In this document: positions 48,889 through 58,350 of the stretch, piece by piece | Numbering within the stretch: the stretch's first letter is position 1 | Layout: each line of letters starts with the position of its first letter | Source of the DNA: a virus | Virus record (IMG/VR): IMGVR_UViG_3300047325_000130 | Location: 39,637-103,636 of that record | DNA length: 64,000 bases | Strand: one strand, 5' to 3' | Notes under the pieces: model-generated | The model's input: the letters and a program-made list of their open reading frames with translations, nothing else | Databases searched by the model: none | What the model was told of the DNA's origin: nothing | Made by a program: the position numbers and the translations under genes

Positions 48889-49392
48889 ATGAAACGAGAT
48901 TATTCAACAGGCGAAGCAACCGCAGTAGATTTTTTTGTCGGAGTCGAAATTGAAAAAACTCCGGCTTATGGATTAAAGACATTATTCGTAACTGGAATTC
49001 ATACCGTAGAAAAAATAATAGAATTGTATAATGAACATTCTTGTTCTCATATATTTTTGGGAGCAAATCAAAGTTATAATTATTCATTGGATAAATGGAA
49101 TCAAATGATAACAGGTGTTCTTGATTACGAGATATTAGTTACTTTAGATTTTGATATTGATAAACTATCATGGATTAAAAATCAACCTTGGTTTAATCGG
49201 GAAAATTTTATTCCGCAAATATCATTTAAAATACCGAACATAAAAAATCTAAATAAAAACACAATGTTGAAATTAGATGATATAGACTTCAAAGCAACAA
49301 ACCCAGGTGTATGGTGTCATAAACTCAGTGATTTACAAACTGATGAAACTTTTACCGGATGGGAAGAATATAAAGGAGATACACCGTTATGA
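48889..49392 (+). CDS. Hypothetical protein between dpdA and folE
   Basis: FVGVEIEKTPAYG.KTLFV, HIFLGANQS, KLDD.DFKATNPGVWCH, FT.W. Confidence 0.7.
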   Translation: MKRDYSTGEATAVDFFVGVEIEKTPAYGLKTLFVTGIHTVEKIIELYNEHSCSHIFLGANQSYNYSLDKWNQMITGVLDYEILVTLDFDIDKLSWIKNQPWFNRENFIPQISFKIPNIKNLNKNTMLKLDDIDFKATNPGVWCHKLSDLQTDETFTGWEEYKGDTPL

Positions 49393-49775
49393 CAACAGAG
49401 ACTACACCAGAAGAAGACTTCTTAGCACATCGCGAAGAATTGTTTAAAGAATACAAAAATGTTAAAAATCAATTGGACCTCGAATGCAACGATCTGGATG
49501 TGTTTCTTAAAACATTAGAAGAAAAGAGAAATGTTATAAGAACTTTATCTACAAAAGAAGATTATCTTAAATCAATTATTAATATAGTATTAAAAGATGA
49601 AATTGATCCATATCTTGCCAAATTACAATATGATCACGAGAAACAACAAAAGGATGACGGATATGCATATGATGACGCCCCCGTCGCCAAATCATATAAA
49701 AAATTCGATTCTAGACATCCCAGAACAAAAATTGGTAGAGTATTTAACCATTTATTAAAGACTTGGAAAGTTTAA
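49389..49775 (+). CDS. Coiled-coil protein, paralog 1
   Basis: HREELF...IDPYLAKLQYD. Confidence 0.65.
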   Translation: MTTETTPEEDFLAHREELFKEYKNVKNQLDLECNDLDVFLKTLEEKRNVIRTLSTKEDYLKSIINIVLKDEIDPYLAKLQYDHEKQQKDDGYAYDDAPVAKSYKKFDSRHPRTKIGRVFNHLLKTWKV

Positions 49776-50101
49776 TGAAGTTAACTAATTTGGATAACGA
49801 TGGTTTGCAACATAGAGAAGAACTATTTTGTGAACTTAGAAAGAAATTGATTGAGAAAAAATCTCTTGAACTAGAATTTGACAATTTTAGAAAATTGGCT
49901 GAAGAATTAAATCATAAAAATGATAGTTTAGAAAAACAGATATTCAATATTAGAAATATTATTCAAAAGGTAATAGAAGATGATATTCATCCTATACAAG
50001 CAAAATTGCAGCATGACCAAAATTTAAAAAATGAAGAAATATACGAAGAAATGAATAGACCAAAGTCTTCTTCATATGGTGCATCAAAGGCATTTAGATG
50101 A
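49763..50101 (+). CDS. Coiled-coil protein, paralog 2
   Basis: HREELF...IHPIQAKLQHD. Confidence 0.65.
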   Translation: MESLMKLTNLDNDGLQHREELFCELRKKLIEKKSLELEFDNFRKLAEELNHKNDSLEKQIFNIRNIIQKVIEDDIHPIQAKLQHDQNLKNEEIYEEMNRPKSSSYGASKAFR

Positions 50102-50469
50102 ATACTGAATATTTTGAAAAATATAAATCTGAATTAGATTTAATGAATTCTTTGACAGCTGAAGCAAAAAGAATAAATGCGCAAAGTATAGAATTAAAAA
50201 AAGCAGCACTTAATATTTTACAACATGCTAAGGATCAATCAAAAGTTGTTCATCACATGCGCAAAGTAATAAGTTATGCACTTGACTCCGGACGCGATCC
50301 GGTAGAGATTTCACTAAGTGACGAAATACAGATTACAAATATAGAAGATGATTCGTCGTGTGCCACACTATGGACAAATATATATTCATTAGAAGAAGAA
50401 TTTAGAAAAGAACAAGAACGTGTCACTAGAAATAGTGGGTATGCAGTTGATCCTCTAAATTATCCTTAG
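50098..50469 (+). CDS. Coiled-coil protein, divergent paralog 3
   Basis: Coiled coil followed by RDPVEISL. Confidence 0.55.
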   Translation: MNTEYFEKYKSELDLMNSLTAEAKRINAQSIELKKAALNILQHAKDQSKVVHHMRKVISYALDSGRDPVEISLSDEIQITNIEDDSSCATLWTNIYSLEEEFRKEQERVTRNSGYAVDPLNYP

Positions 50470-50594
50470 GTTCTAAATAGTTTTTCAATAACCAATGACT
50501 GTACAATAAATATAGTTGTCACACAAAGGTGACAATATAGGGTGTAACCCTCGTTGAGCGTGAACGATAGACGCTTTGAAAAGGAGAATATATT

Positions 50595-51266
50595 ATGTCG
50601 TTTAATAAAAATAAATCAGATCCAGAACTGGGAAAGCGTGTTAATCAACACTTAATTAAAGTCGGAGTCGAAACTCCCACTACGCCAAATAATTTAAGTC
50701 GTACAGATAAAATTGATATTATTGAAACCAAATTTAGAGATATAATGGAAACATTGGGTCTAGATTTAACTGATGATAGTCTAGAAGAAACACCAAAACG
50801 AGTCGCTAAGATGTATGTTGGCGAAATTTTTTATGGTCTTGATTATGATGCATTTCCTAAATGCACCACTGTTGATAACAAAATGAATTATGATGAGATG
50901 GTAATTGAAAGAAATGTAAATGTTCAATCTTCATGCGAACATCATTTTATTACAATATCAGGCGTAGCGACAGTTGCTTATATTCCTAACAAAAAAGTAT
51001 TAGGTCTGAGCAAGTTGAACAGGTTAGTAGAATTTTTTAGCAAGAGACCTCAGATACAAGAAAGATTAACTTCTCAAATATATCATGCTTTACAATATAT
51101 TTTAGAAACAGATAATATCGCAGTAGTTATTGATGCAAAACATTTCTGCGTCGCCGCTAGAGGCGTAGAAGATACAGGCAGTACCACAATTACAAGTAAA
51201 TTAGGCGGGGGCTTTAAGACTGATCCTGCGCTACGAGCCGAATTTATGAATTTTACAAAATCTTAA
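50595..51266 (+). CDS. folE: GTP cyclohydrolase I
   Basis: ETPKRVAKMY, SSCEHH, GLSKLNR, QIQERLT, HFCVAARG. Confidence 0.95.
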   Translation: MSFNKNKSDPELGKRVNQHLIKVGVETPTTPNNLSRTDKIDIIETKFRDIMETLGLDLTDDSLEETPKRVAKMYVGEIFYGLDYDAFPKCTTVDNKMNYDEMVIERNVNVQSSCEHHFITISGVATVAYIPNKKVLGLSKLNRLVEFFSKRPQIQERLTSQIYHALQYILETDNIAVVIDAKHFCVAARGVEDTGSTTITSKLGGGFKTDPALRAEFMNFTKS

Positions 51267-51282
51267 CTTCTTGGTTTAAAGT

Positions 51283-51310
51283 TTGGATTTGGGTTTAAAC
51301 CCAAATCCAA
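51283..51310 (+). terminator. Intrinsic terminator
   Basis: Perfect palindrome ttggatttgggtttaaacccaaatccaa. Confidence 0.7.
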
Positions 51311-51451
51311 CTTCCATCTACTTGAATTTTCAATTAATCTTTTGTAATAGGTGAATTGTTATTCACAAATAGAAATTCCATGACATTTATCAAATAAAAA
51401 TTGATATTTTATCAAAGCTTGTCATAATAATATATAGAGGATGGATAGAAG

Positions 51452-51793
51452 ATGTTAGAAATAAAATCATTTAATGAAGTACCTTGGAAAGATATTAGTT
51501 TTGAAAATGAATGGTATAGTTCATTTCATGCACCGGTGCCAATTTCCCCAGGGCATCTTATCTATGTCCCAAAAGACACGCAAGCATCTAGTATGGCAAT
51601 TGCGTTAAAAGCTGCTCTCGAGGTTGGCGAGTTCATGGTAAAAAGTAAGAAATGGGATGGTTTTAATTTGGGAATTAACTACGGCGAAGCCGCCGGCCAA
51701 AATACAAATTATCCGCACGCTCACTTGATTCCGCGTTTTAACGGTGATAAAGAAAATCCAAAGGGCGGTATAAAAACCATACTCAAAAGTTGA
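51452..51793 (+). CDS. HIT-family protein
   Basis: PISPGHL..PK, GFNLGIN.GEAAGQ...PHAHLIPR..GD. Confidence 0.85.
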   Translation: MLEIKSFNEVPWKDISFENEWYSSFHAPVPISPGHLIYVPKDTQASSMAIALKAALEVGEFMVKSKKWDGFNLGINYGEAAGQNTNYPHAHLIPRFNGDKENPKGGIKTILKS

Positions 51794-52269
51794 AATATAA
51801 GGAAAAGAATTTGACATATCTATCTAATGTAAACGGACTATCTGGTAATTATACTAATGTAAACGGACTATCATCTGGTAATTATATTATGGTACCAAAT
51901 GGCGGATATATAAATACGTTGCAAAACACATATTATCAGTCTTCTTATACATCTTATCCAAGTACTGTAAATGTAACTGATATGTATGGAAAAAACTGTT
52001 TAAGTATAGATTATGAGGGAAATATCAAATATAGTGGTACCCCTAGTAAAGCTGCTAATGAGTTTGTAAAAGCAATTGGCGTAACATTTGATAAGACGTC
52101 CAAGAAATCAATGCTTGCTCGTGCATATATCAGAGCAAATGATAGAATTTTAAAATTAGCTAAAAAAATGACAAAAGAAGAATTGATTGCAAAGCTAGAG
52201 GAAGAACAAAATAATAGAGAATGTACGGAAATTTTTAATAGATTATCCGAATCCGAGGAAGATATTTAG
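51790..52269 (+). CDS. Hypothetical protein with a 30-nt tandem duplication
   Basis: NVNGLSGNY repeated at 51824-51886. Confidence 0.55.
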   Translation: MKYKEKNLTYLSNVNGLSGNYTNVNGLSSGNYIMVPNGGYINTLQNTYYQSSYTSYPSTVNVTDMYGKNCLSIDYEGNIKYSGTPSKAANEFVKAIGVTFDKTSKKSMLARAYIRANDRILKLAKKMTKEELIAKLEEEQNNRECTEIFNRLSESEEDI

Positions 52270-52370
52270 AAATTTAATGCAACGTCAGCATTTTATTCAA
52301 AAATACAATCAATTTATCAAGAAGAAAACAATCTCAATCCGACCAGATATAAACCTCTACCAAAGGCAAA

Positions 52371-52631
52371 GTGTTGGCGTTTGATACAATCGAAAAAAAG
52401 AATATATTGATTGATCAAAAAGAGTTTGATGGTGTCAGATATGTCGGACAAACTAAAAATTTAACAACGGTATTTGATACGGTTGAACAGAAATATGTGC
52501 AAATAGATAAAGAACTTGCAAAAGATGCCAGGTATCAAGGACCTTGCACTGGCAAAAAGAATGTGATTAATTTCATAACTGGTAAAAGATCTCAAATCAA
52601 TTCGACAGATTTTGATTCAACTAAAACATAA
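52371..52631 (+). pseudogene. Repeat-module remnant, possibly from a homing endonuclease
   Basis: Tandem FDT.E.K...ID.....RY.G units; start unsupported. Confidence 0.35.
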
Positions 52632-52768
52632 ATGTACGTTTTTACCAAAAAATAAAATCAAAAATATTCATATATACGAATGGAATCATATTGATCAAAC
52701 TCAATATAAAATTATAGATATTGAAAAATTTAATGAATTATATAATACTTACTTAGGAGATAATAGAA

Positions 52769-53620
52769 ATGAGTGAAATAAAAATAGCGGAAAATTTCTG
52801 GTCGTGTCAGGGTGAAGGACAATATGTAGGTGTTCCTAGTATATTCCTGAGAACGTTTGGGTGCAATTTTACATGTAGCGGATTTGGTCTACCTAAAGGT
52901 GAAATTAGTAAAGAACGTGATATTGTGGCATCTAATATTGATCAATATGACGAATATATGAAATTGCCTCTTGTTACAACAGGTTGCGACAGCTATGCGT
53001 CATGGGATCCTAGGTTCAAGCATCTGTCACCTACATATACTATTTCTCAAATAGTAGATAAATTTCAAGAATTATTACCAGATAGTAAATTCAGTCAAGA
53101 TAAGCATTTAATTATAACTGGCGGTGAGCCACTATTACCAAAATGGCAGAAGTCGTATGTTGAATTACTTAAAGAAATTCAAAACAGAGATATGGAATTA
53201 TCACACCTGACATTTGAAACAAACGGCACCAAGAAACTAGATCCTGTATTGAAAGAATATTTGTGTGAGTCTGGGTTGGAGATTACTTTCTCTGTATCGG
53301 CTAAACTGCCGTGCAGTGGCGAGAAATGGGAAAAAGCCATCTTACCAGAAGTAGTGAAGACTTACTTAGAAGTATCTAATCATAAGAGTTATTTTAAATT
53401 TGTTGTATCGACACAAGATGATATTGACGATGCAAAGAAGGCTGTCAAAGAATATAGAGACGCTGGCATAACAATACCGGTTTATTTAATGCCTGTAGGG
53501 GGAGTTAATTCAATATATGAATTAAACGAAAGACAAGTGGCCGATTTTTGTCGAGATAATGGGTTTAGATTTTCTCCCAGAATTCAAGTACCTTTATACA
53601 AGAACGCCTGGGCGACATGA
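52769..53620 (+). CDS. queE: 7-carboxy-7-deazaguanine synthase (radical SAM), CX3CX36C variant
   Basis: ENFWSCQGEG..G.PSIFLR..GCNFTC...GCDS, ITGGEPLL, FETNG. Confidence 0.85.
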   Translation: MSEIKIAENFWSCQGEGQYVGVPSIFLRTFGCNFTCSGFGLPKGEISKERDIVASNIDQYDEYMKLPLVTTGCDSYASWDPRFKHLSPTYTISQIVDKFQELLPDSKFSQDKHLIITGGEPLLPKWQKSYVELLKEIQNRDMELSHLTFETNGTKKLDPVLKEYLCESGLEITFSVSAKLPCSGEKWEKAILPEVVKTYLEVSNHKSYFKFVVSTQDDIDDAKKAVKEYRDAGITIPVYLMPVGGVNSIYELNERQVADFCRDNGFRFSPRIQVPLYKNAWAT

Positions 53621-53820
53621 TTTTAAGATCGGTAGAAAAGCTAAATATTGGAGATATTGTTAAATTATCGAATGATTTCAGTATTATAGAAAACATTCTT
53701 GTAGGAGATGGCATAGCTTACTTCCCAGGTAATAAAACATCAAAAATAACAATAATTACAGAGGATGGCAGGCAAACTGCCAACCTCAATTTTAATGATC
53801 TTGTGGAGATTAAACTATGA
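53617..53820 (+). CDS. Hypothetical protein
   Basis: ATGA-coupled on both sides. Confidence 0.55.
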   Translation: MILRSVEKLNIGDIVKLSNDFSIIENILVGDGIAYFPGNKTSKITIITEDGRQTANLNFNDLVEIKL

Positions 53821-54518
53821 AAAAAAATAAATTAATACCATTTCATCTATTACCAGCGTCCTGGGGATTATCTGGCAAGACACGAAAGATGGCAGAAGCT
53901 GAATATTATTTTGATGGATATGATTTAGATATAGCATTAGTTAATATTCATCATGATGGATATGATGCTCATGTAGCTAAGTTGGGAGTTGATCTTAAAT
54001 ACGGAAAAATAACGCAGTATGAGCACGATATTAAGTTATCTGAAGTTAAAACTTCAAAAGATGAAGATACTGCTTTAGCTACAATGGCAGATATTATATC
54101 AGATGAAAAATTAACAGACGAAGTTGCTAATAAAAAAATAGATGAAATTAAAGCTGCTTATGAAGATAAGAAATTAATTAATAAATTAGATGTTGATTTA
54201 TTGCATGGTAAGATATCTAAGATTGATTATGATAAAAAGTTGGCTGAAATAACAGGCGCACCATGGGTGAGTATACCAAAAATTAATTGGGACCCAACCA
54301 ATAATAAGCAAACTTATTTTGAATTAGATTATAATCCTGCTTTCGTAGAAGATTTACGTGAAAATGGTTACTCTGGTACCGAAGAAGAAGTAATTGATCA
54401 ATGGCTTAATGATGTTTGCGGAAGTATTGCAAACGAAATGAATGACGAGTTAGTTAATAATACCTTTGTTTCTGTAAATCGAAAGAAACGTAATGGTGGC
54501 TTAACTGAACATTCGTGA
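53817..54518 (+). CDS. Hypothetical phage protein
   Basis: PWVS..YFELDYNPAFVEDL..GY.G..E.VIDQW. Confidence 0.7.
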   Translation: MKKNKLIPFHLLPASWGLSGKTRKMAEAEYYFDGYDLDIALVNIHHDGYDAHVAKLGVDLKYGKITQYEHDIKLSEVKTSKDEDTALATMADIISDEKLTDEVANKKIDEIKAAYEDKKLINKLDVDLLHGKISKIDYDKKLAEITGAPWVSIPKINWDPTNNKQTYFELDYNPAFVEDLRENGYSGTEEEVIDQWLNDVCGSIANEMNDELVNNTFVSVNRKKRNGGLTEHS

Positions 54519-54607
54519 TTAATTTTTCAATAAGAGAACATGCTTGGTTACTTTTAGGATTGATAAGCATTTATTGCTTTTATTCATTGTTTAGCACATA
54601 ATTAATT

Positions 54608-55609
54608 ATGACATATATGATATTAGATTTGCAGAATTTATTCTTACGTGTACGTTACGGTATGCGAGCCCCAGATATTGATGCTCAAGTTGGAATGAGT
54701 TTACATATTTGTTTAACAAGCATAAAGAAAGTTTGGAATCAATTTAACGGACAACATTTAGTCGTTTGCTTAGAAGGCCGATCTTGGCGAAAAGATGTAT
54801 ATCCAATTTATAAAAATAATAGAAAAGCTATTGCATTAGCGAGAACTCCGCGAGAAGTGGAGGATGATAAAGTCTTTTTTGAAATAATGGACGATTTTAT
54901 TCAGTTTATGAAAACGCAAACTAATGCAACTGTTTTACAGCATCAAAATGCAGAAGCAGATGATTTAATCGCTCGCTGGATATTTCTTCATCCGGAGGAT
55001 GACCATGTGATCATTAGTACAGATAGTGATTTTCAACAATTGATAGCACCAAATGTAAAAATTTATAATGGTATAGCAGGTTTGCTTTATACAGACACTG
55101 GAATTTTTGATAAGGATAATAATCCTGCCTTAGATAAAAAAAATCAACCATTGCCTGCACCAAACCCGGGATGGTTACTATTTGAAAAATGCATAAGAGG
55201 CGATGCCGGAGATAATGTAATGAGTGCATTTCCCGGTGTTAGAAAAAATCGTATGCAAGCAGCATGGGATGATAGAACCAATAAAGGTTTTGATTGGAAT
55301 AATCTTATGCTCAGCAAGTGGACAGATCAAGACGGTGTTGAACATCGAGTAAAAGATGACTACGAGCGCAACTGTCTTCTTGTGGATTTAACCAAAATTC
55401 CTCCGGATCTCGTCGATAAATTTGATAGAATGATTGTCGATGCAGTATTAGAACCTGTTAAGAAACAAGTTGGTATCAATTTAATTAGATTTTGCAATAA
55501 GCACGGTTTAGTTAGAATTGAAAAAAACTCGAGTGAATTTAGTTCGTGTTTAAGTAGTTCATATCAAGGATATCTTCTTAGCTATCGCCAAGTAGAGAAT
55601 GACGAGTAA
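54608..55609 (+). CDS. rnh: T4 RNase H-like 5'-3' exonuclease / flap endonuclease
   Basis: LEGRSWRK..YK.NR, EADDLIA, STDSDF, RGDAGDNV. Confidence 0.88.
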   Translation: MTYMILDLQNLFLRVRYGMRAPDIDAQVGMSLHICLTSIKKVWNQFNGQHLVVCLEGRSWRKDVYPIYKNNRKAIALARTPREVEDDKVFFEIMDDFIQFMKTQTNATVLQHQNAEADDLIARWIFLHPEDDHVIISTDSDFQQLIAPNVKIYNGIAGLLYTDTGIFDKDNNPALDKKNQPLPAPNPGWLLFEKCIRGDAGDNVMSAFPGVRKNRMQAAWDDRTNKGFDWNNLMLSKWTDQDGVEHRVKDDYERNCLLVDLTKIPPDLVDKFDRMIVDAVLEPVKKQVGINLIRFCNKHGLVRIEKNSSEFSSCLSSSYQGYLLSYRQVENDE

Positions 55610-55657
55610 TTCTTTTATACCTTTTAAGGTATTAGGTATTTTCTTTTAATTCTTGTC

Positions 55658-55712
55658 CTGTAACTCCTCTAGTTATAGAATGGATAGGGCGGTAACCCGT
55701 GATCCATACTTA
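55658..55712 (-). promoter_or_regulatory. Orphan copy of the endonuclease leader motif
   Basis: AAGT-ATGGAT-CAC-GGG..CCC-T-ATCCAT-TCTATAACT-AGAGG-AGTTACAG with no ORF downstream. Confidence 0.55.
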
Positions 55713-55722
55713 TAAATAATAT

Positions 55723-56226
55723 ATGAGTTTTAATTTTCATAATGTTGATAATGTATTGAGAACACATAGAAACCCTGAAATATGGCACTATTCTGCAAGT
55801 CTTCATCCCGGGGTAAACTGGTACATCAAAACAATATTACCAAATCACCCAGCAAATAATAATGCTACTGATATAGTTAGGTTTTGGCATAAACTAGAAT
55901 CTTTATATCCGAAACAAATTCTTATAACAGAAACTGCATTTGATTGGAATGGCAATAAAATTCAATTTTGTAATACCATATGGTTAAACAAGAAGATCGA
56001 TATCAAAATTAAAATTGATGATCTTGGTAAATTTGATTATGATATTTTAGACTATGATGAAGGTTTACATGATTCGGCTAAAGAATTATTGCTTTTAGAA
56101 CCATTAACTCCGGAATTATTAGATGCTGTTGAATTTTTAATTCGCTTTACGCCTGACAAAAAGAGTAAACTATTAAGAAGCAAACTAAAGGTTCTAGATG
56201 TCTTACAGCATAAAACAAATAAGTGA
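55723..56226 (+). CDS. Hypothetical late protein
   Basis: TATAAATA at 55711. Confidence 0.6.
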   Translation: MSFNFHNVDNVLRTHRNPEIWHYSASLHPGVNWYIKTILPNHPANNNATDIVRFWHKLESLYPKQILITETAFDWNGNKIQFCNTIWLNKKIDIKIKIDDLGKFDYDILDYDEGLHDSAKELLLLEPLTPELLDAVEFLIRFTPDKKSKLLRSKLKVLDVLQHKTNK

Positions 56227-56674
56227 CCAAAGTTATATTCTAAGTGAATTAGGTACCAGAATAGCAATACTTACCAAAACTGAAGAAGGCATAACTGCAA
56301 TAGGAAAATTGTCGGTTAAACAATTTAAAAATTGGGATGTCTTTGAAAAATATTTAGGTAAACCGTTAGAATTTGAAACAGATAATGATAACGACGACAA
56401 TAGTACAAAAGAAACAGTTCAATTATCTGGCTTACCAGTTAAGCATTCCCCTATTTTTGATACACAAGAAAATCCAGTATCATATACTAAAATTGCAGGT
56501 AGTAAGGTAAGATATGCCGCTGGCTATTGGGGCATATCTTTTCGAGAAGGGTGGGTACCTTCATTTTGTCCAAAGTTGTCAACTTTAGATAATATTGAAA
56601 CCATTGGTCCGTTCACGTCTAAATTAGAACTTAACACTTTTTTGAGTAGTGTTAAAAATAAAACAAATATATGA
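56198..56674 (+). CDS. Hypothetical phage protein
   Basis: YAAGYW....GWVPSFCPKL.TL....GPF. Confidence 0.7.
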   Translation: MSYSIKQISDQSYILSELGTRIAILTKTEEGITAIGKLSVKQFKNWDVFEKYLGKPLEFETDNDNDDNSTKETVQLSGLPVKHSPIFDTQENPVSYTKIAGSKVRYAAGYWGISFREGWVPSFCPKLSTLDNIETIGPFTSKLELNTFLSSVKNKTNI

Positions 56675-57055
56675 CAAATAAAATTACATCTTTTTCTGGT
56701 AAGTATAATTTCCTTAGTAATTTCTACCCGGTAGAAATTAGCTACGAAGGAATTATATATCCTACAACCGAACATGCGTATTGCGCTGCCAAAAACTCTT
56801 AGTATAGAAGATCGATTGGTAATTAAAAGTTGCGAAACTCCTGGCCTTGCAAAGAAATTATCTAAGTCATTAACGCTAAGAGAAAATTGGGATAATTACA
56901 AACTTATTGTGATGGCAAATATATTATCTCAAAAATTTGATCTAAATGGAAGCAATGAACAAAAAGTTCTTGCTCAAAAATTAATTGATACAGGTGATGC
57001 TGAATTAATAGAAGGCAATTATTGGGGTGATGTATTTTGGAGTAAAATTTTTAAT
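56671..57055 (+). pseudogene. NADAR (YbiA-like) pseudogene
   Basis: FLSNFYP..YPTTEHAY.AAK, +1 frameshift in the A-run at ~56790, then KF..L..TGDAELIEGNYWGDVFW; truncated at the IS. Confidence 0.85.
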
Positions 57056-58330
57056 CTTCATGTCGTAAGTCCGCTAGAGCTCGCTCGGCGGATACAAGAC
57101 ATATTTTTTAACCAACCGAATTTAAATTATAAATACATTTGTGTATAAAGCATTTAAATATAAATTAAATCCGACCAAACAACAAATAACCGAACTAACA
57201 AAATGGTTTGGTTGTGCAAGATGGATTTGGAATTGGGCTTTAACAACAAATACTCAACAATATCAATTGAATAAAAAATTTGTATTTAAATTTGACTTAA
57301 CAAATCAATTGCCGAAACTGAAACAAGATAAAGATTGGCTTAAAGATATACCAGCACATGGGCTATTAAATAGATTAATTGACTTCGATGTGGCACTAAG
57401 ACGAGTTTGGAAATTAGGTGCTGGATTTCCTAAATATAAATCAAAATTAATTGAACACCATAACACATTTAAAATAAATCAAATCAATAAACATATTAAA
57501 TTATTTGATAAACAAATACAAATACCAAAAATAGGCTTAGTCAAATACCGATATCATAGACCTATAGAAGGAATACTTAAATCCATTACAATCAAAAAAG
57601 AAAATGATATGTATTGGGTTGTTTGTCTTTGTGATTTAGGTGATATCCAACCAATACATCCAAACGAAGATGTTGTTGGTATTGATCTAGGACTTAAAGA
57701 TTTTGCTGTTACTTCAGATGGTGTAGTATTTGCTACACCAAAACTATACAGAAAGAAACAAAAGAAATTAAAATGGCTGCAACAAAGATTATCAAAAAAG
57801 AAAAAAGGAAGTAAAAACAAAGAAAAAGCACGTAAAAAATTAAATCGTTTGCATTATAAAATTAAATGCCAACGAAACGATTTTACTCATAAAATAAGTA
57901 ATCAAATAACCAACGATTACAAATACATAGCTATTGAAGACTTAAATGTTAAAGGAATGATTAAAAATCATAACTTAGCAAAAAGTATTCAAGATCAAGC
58001 ATGGAGTAGTTTTACATTGCAGTTAGCATATAAGAGTTTATATAAGGGTGGGATAACGAAAAAGATTGATCGTTTCTACCCTTCAAGTAAAACTTGCTCA
58101 TGCTGTGGGAATGTTCAGACTATTTCATTATCAGAACGAATATATAATTGCGATGCATGTGAAATTTCTATTGACCGAGACCTAAATGCAGCAATTAACA
58201 TCAAAAATAGGGCTGGGATAGCCCAAATTAACGCCTGTGGAAATACCTCTAGCGGGGACGATGTCATGACGTCATCTAGTTATGTATTGATGAAGCAGGA
58301 AGCCGCTTGAGCTCGCTCAGCGGTGGTTCA
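57056..58330 (+). mobile_element. Non-autonomous IS200/IS605-family (IS1341-like, tnpB-only) element
   Basis: Near-identical end hairpins ccgctagagctcgctcggcgg (57071-57091) and ccgcttgagctcgctcagcgg (58303-58323); right end ...ggttca; no tnpA; left boundary approximate. Confidence 0.85.
57141..58310 (+). CDS. tnpB: TnpB RNA-guided endonuclease
   Basis: HTH start YKAFKYKL.P, RuvC GIDLG / IEDL / DRDLNAAINI, Zn finger CSCCG..CDAC. Confidence 0.95.
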   Translation: MYKAFKYKLNPTKQQITELTKWFGCARWIWNWALTTNTQQYQLNKKFVFKFDLTNQLPKLKQDKDWLKDIPAHGLLNRLIDFDVALRRVWKLGAGFPKYKSKLIEHHNTFKINQINKHIKLFDKQIQIPKIGLVKYRYHRPIEGILKSITIKKENDMYWVVCLCDLGDIQPIHPNEDVVGIDLGLKDFAVTSDGVVFATPKLYRKKQKKLKWLQQRLSKKKKGSKNKEKARKKLNRLHYKIKCQRNDFTHKISNQITNDYKYIAIEDLNVKGMIKNHNLAKSIQDQAWSSFTLQLAYKSLYKGGITKKIDRFYPSSKTCSCCGNVQTISLSERIYNCDACEISIDRDLNAAINIKNRAGIAQINACGNTSSGDDVMTSSSYVLMKQEAA

Positions 58331-58350
58331 AAATATCGCGTATTTTCATT
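58208..58350 (+). ncRNA. Predicted TnpB omega/reRNA with 3' flank-derived guide
   Basis: gggct-gggat-agccc hairpin, gcctg..cagg pairing and RE hairpin overlapping the tnpB 3' end; guide would begin ~58331 (aaatatcgcgtattttc). Confidence 0.65.
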
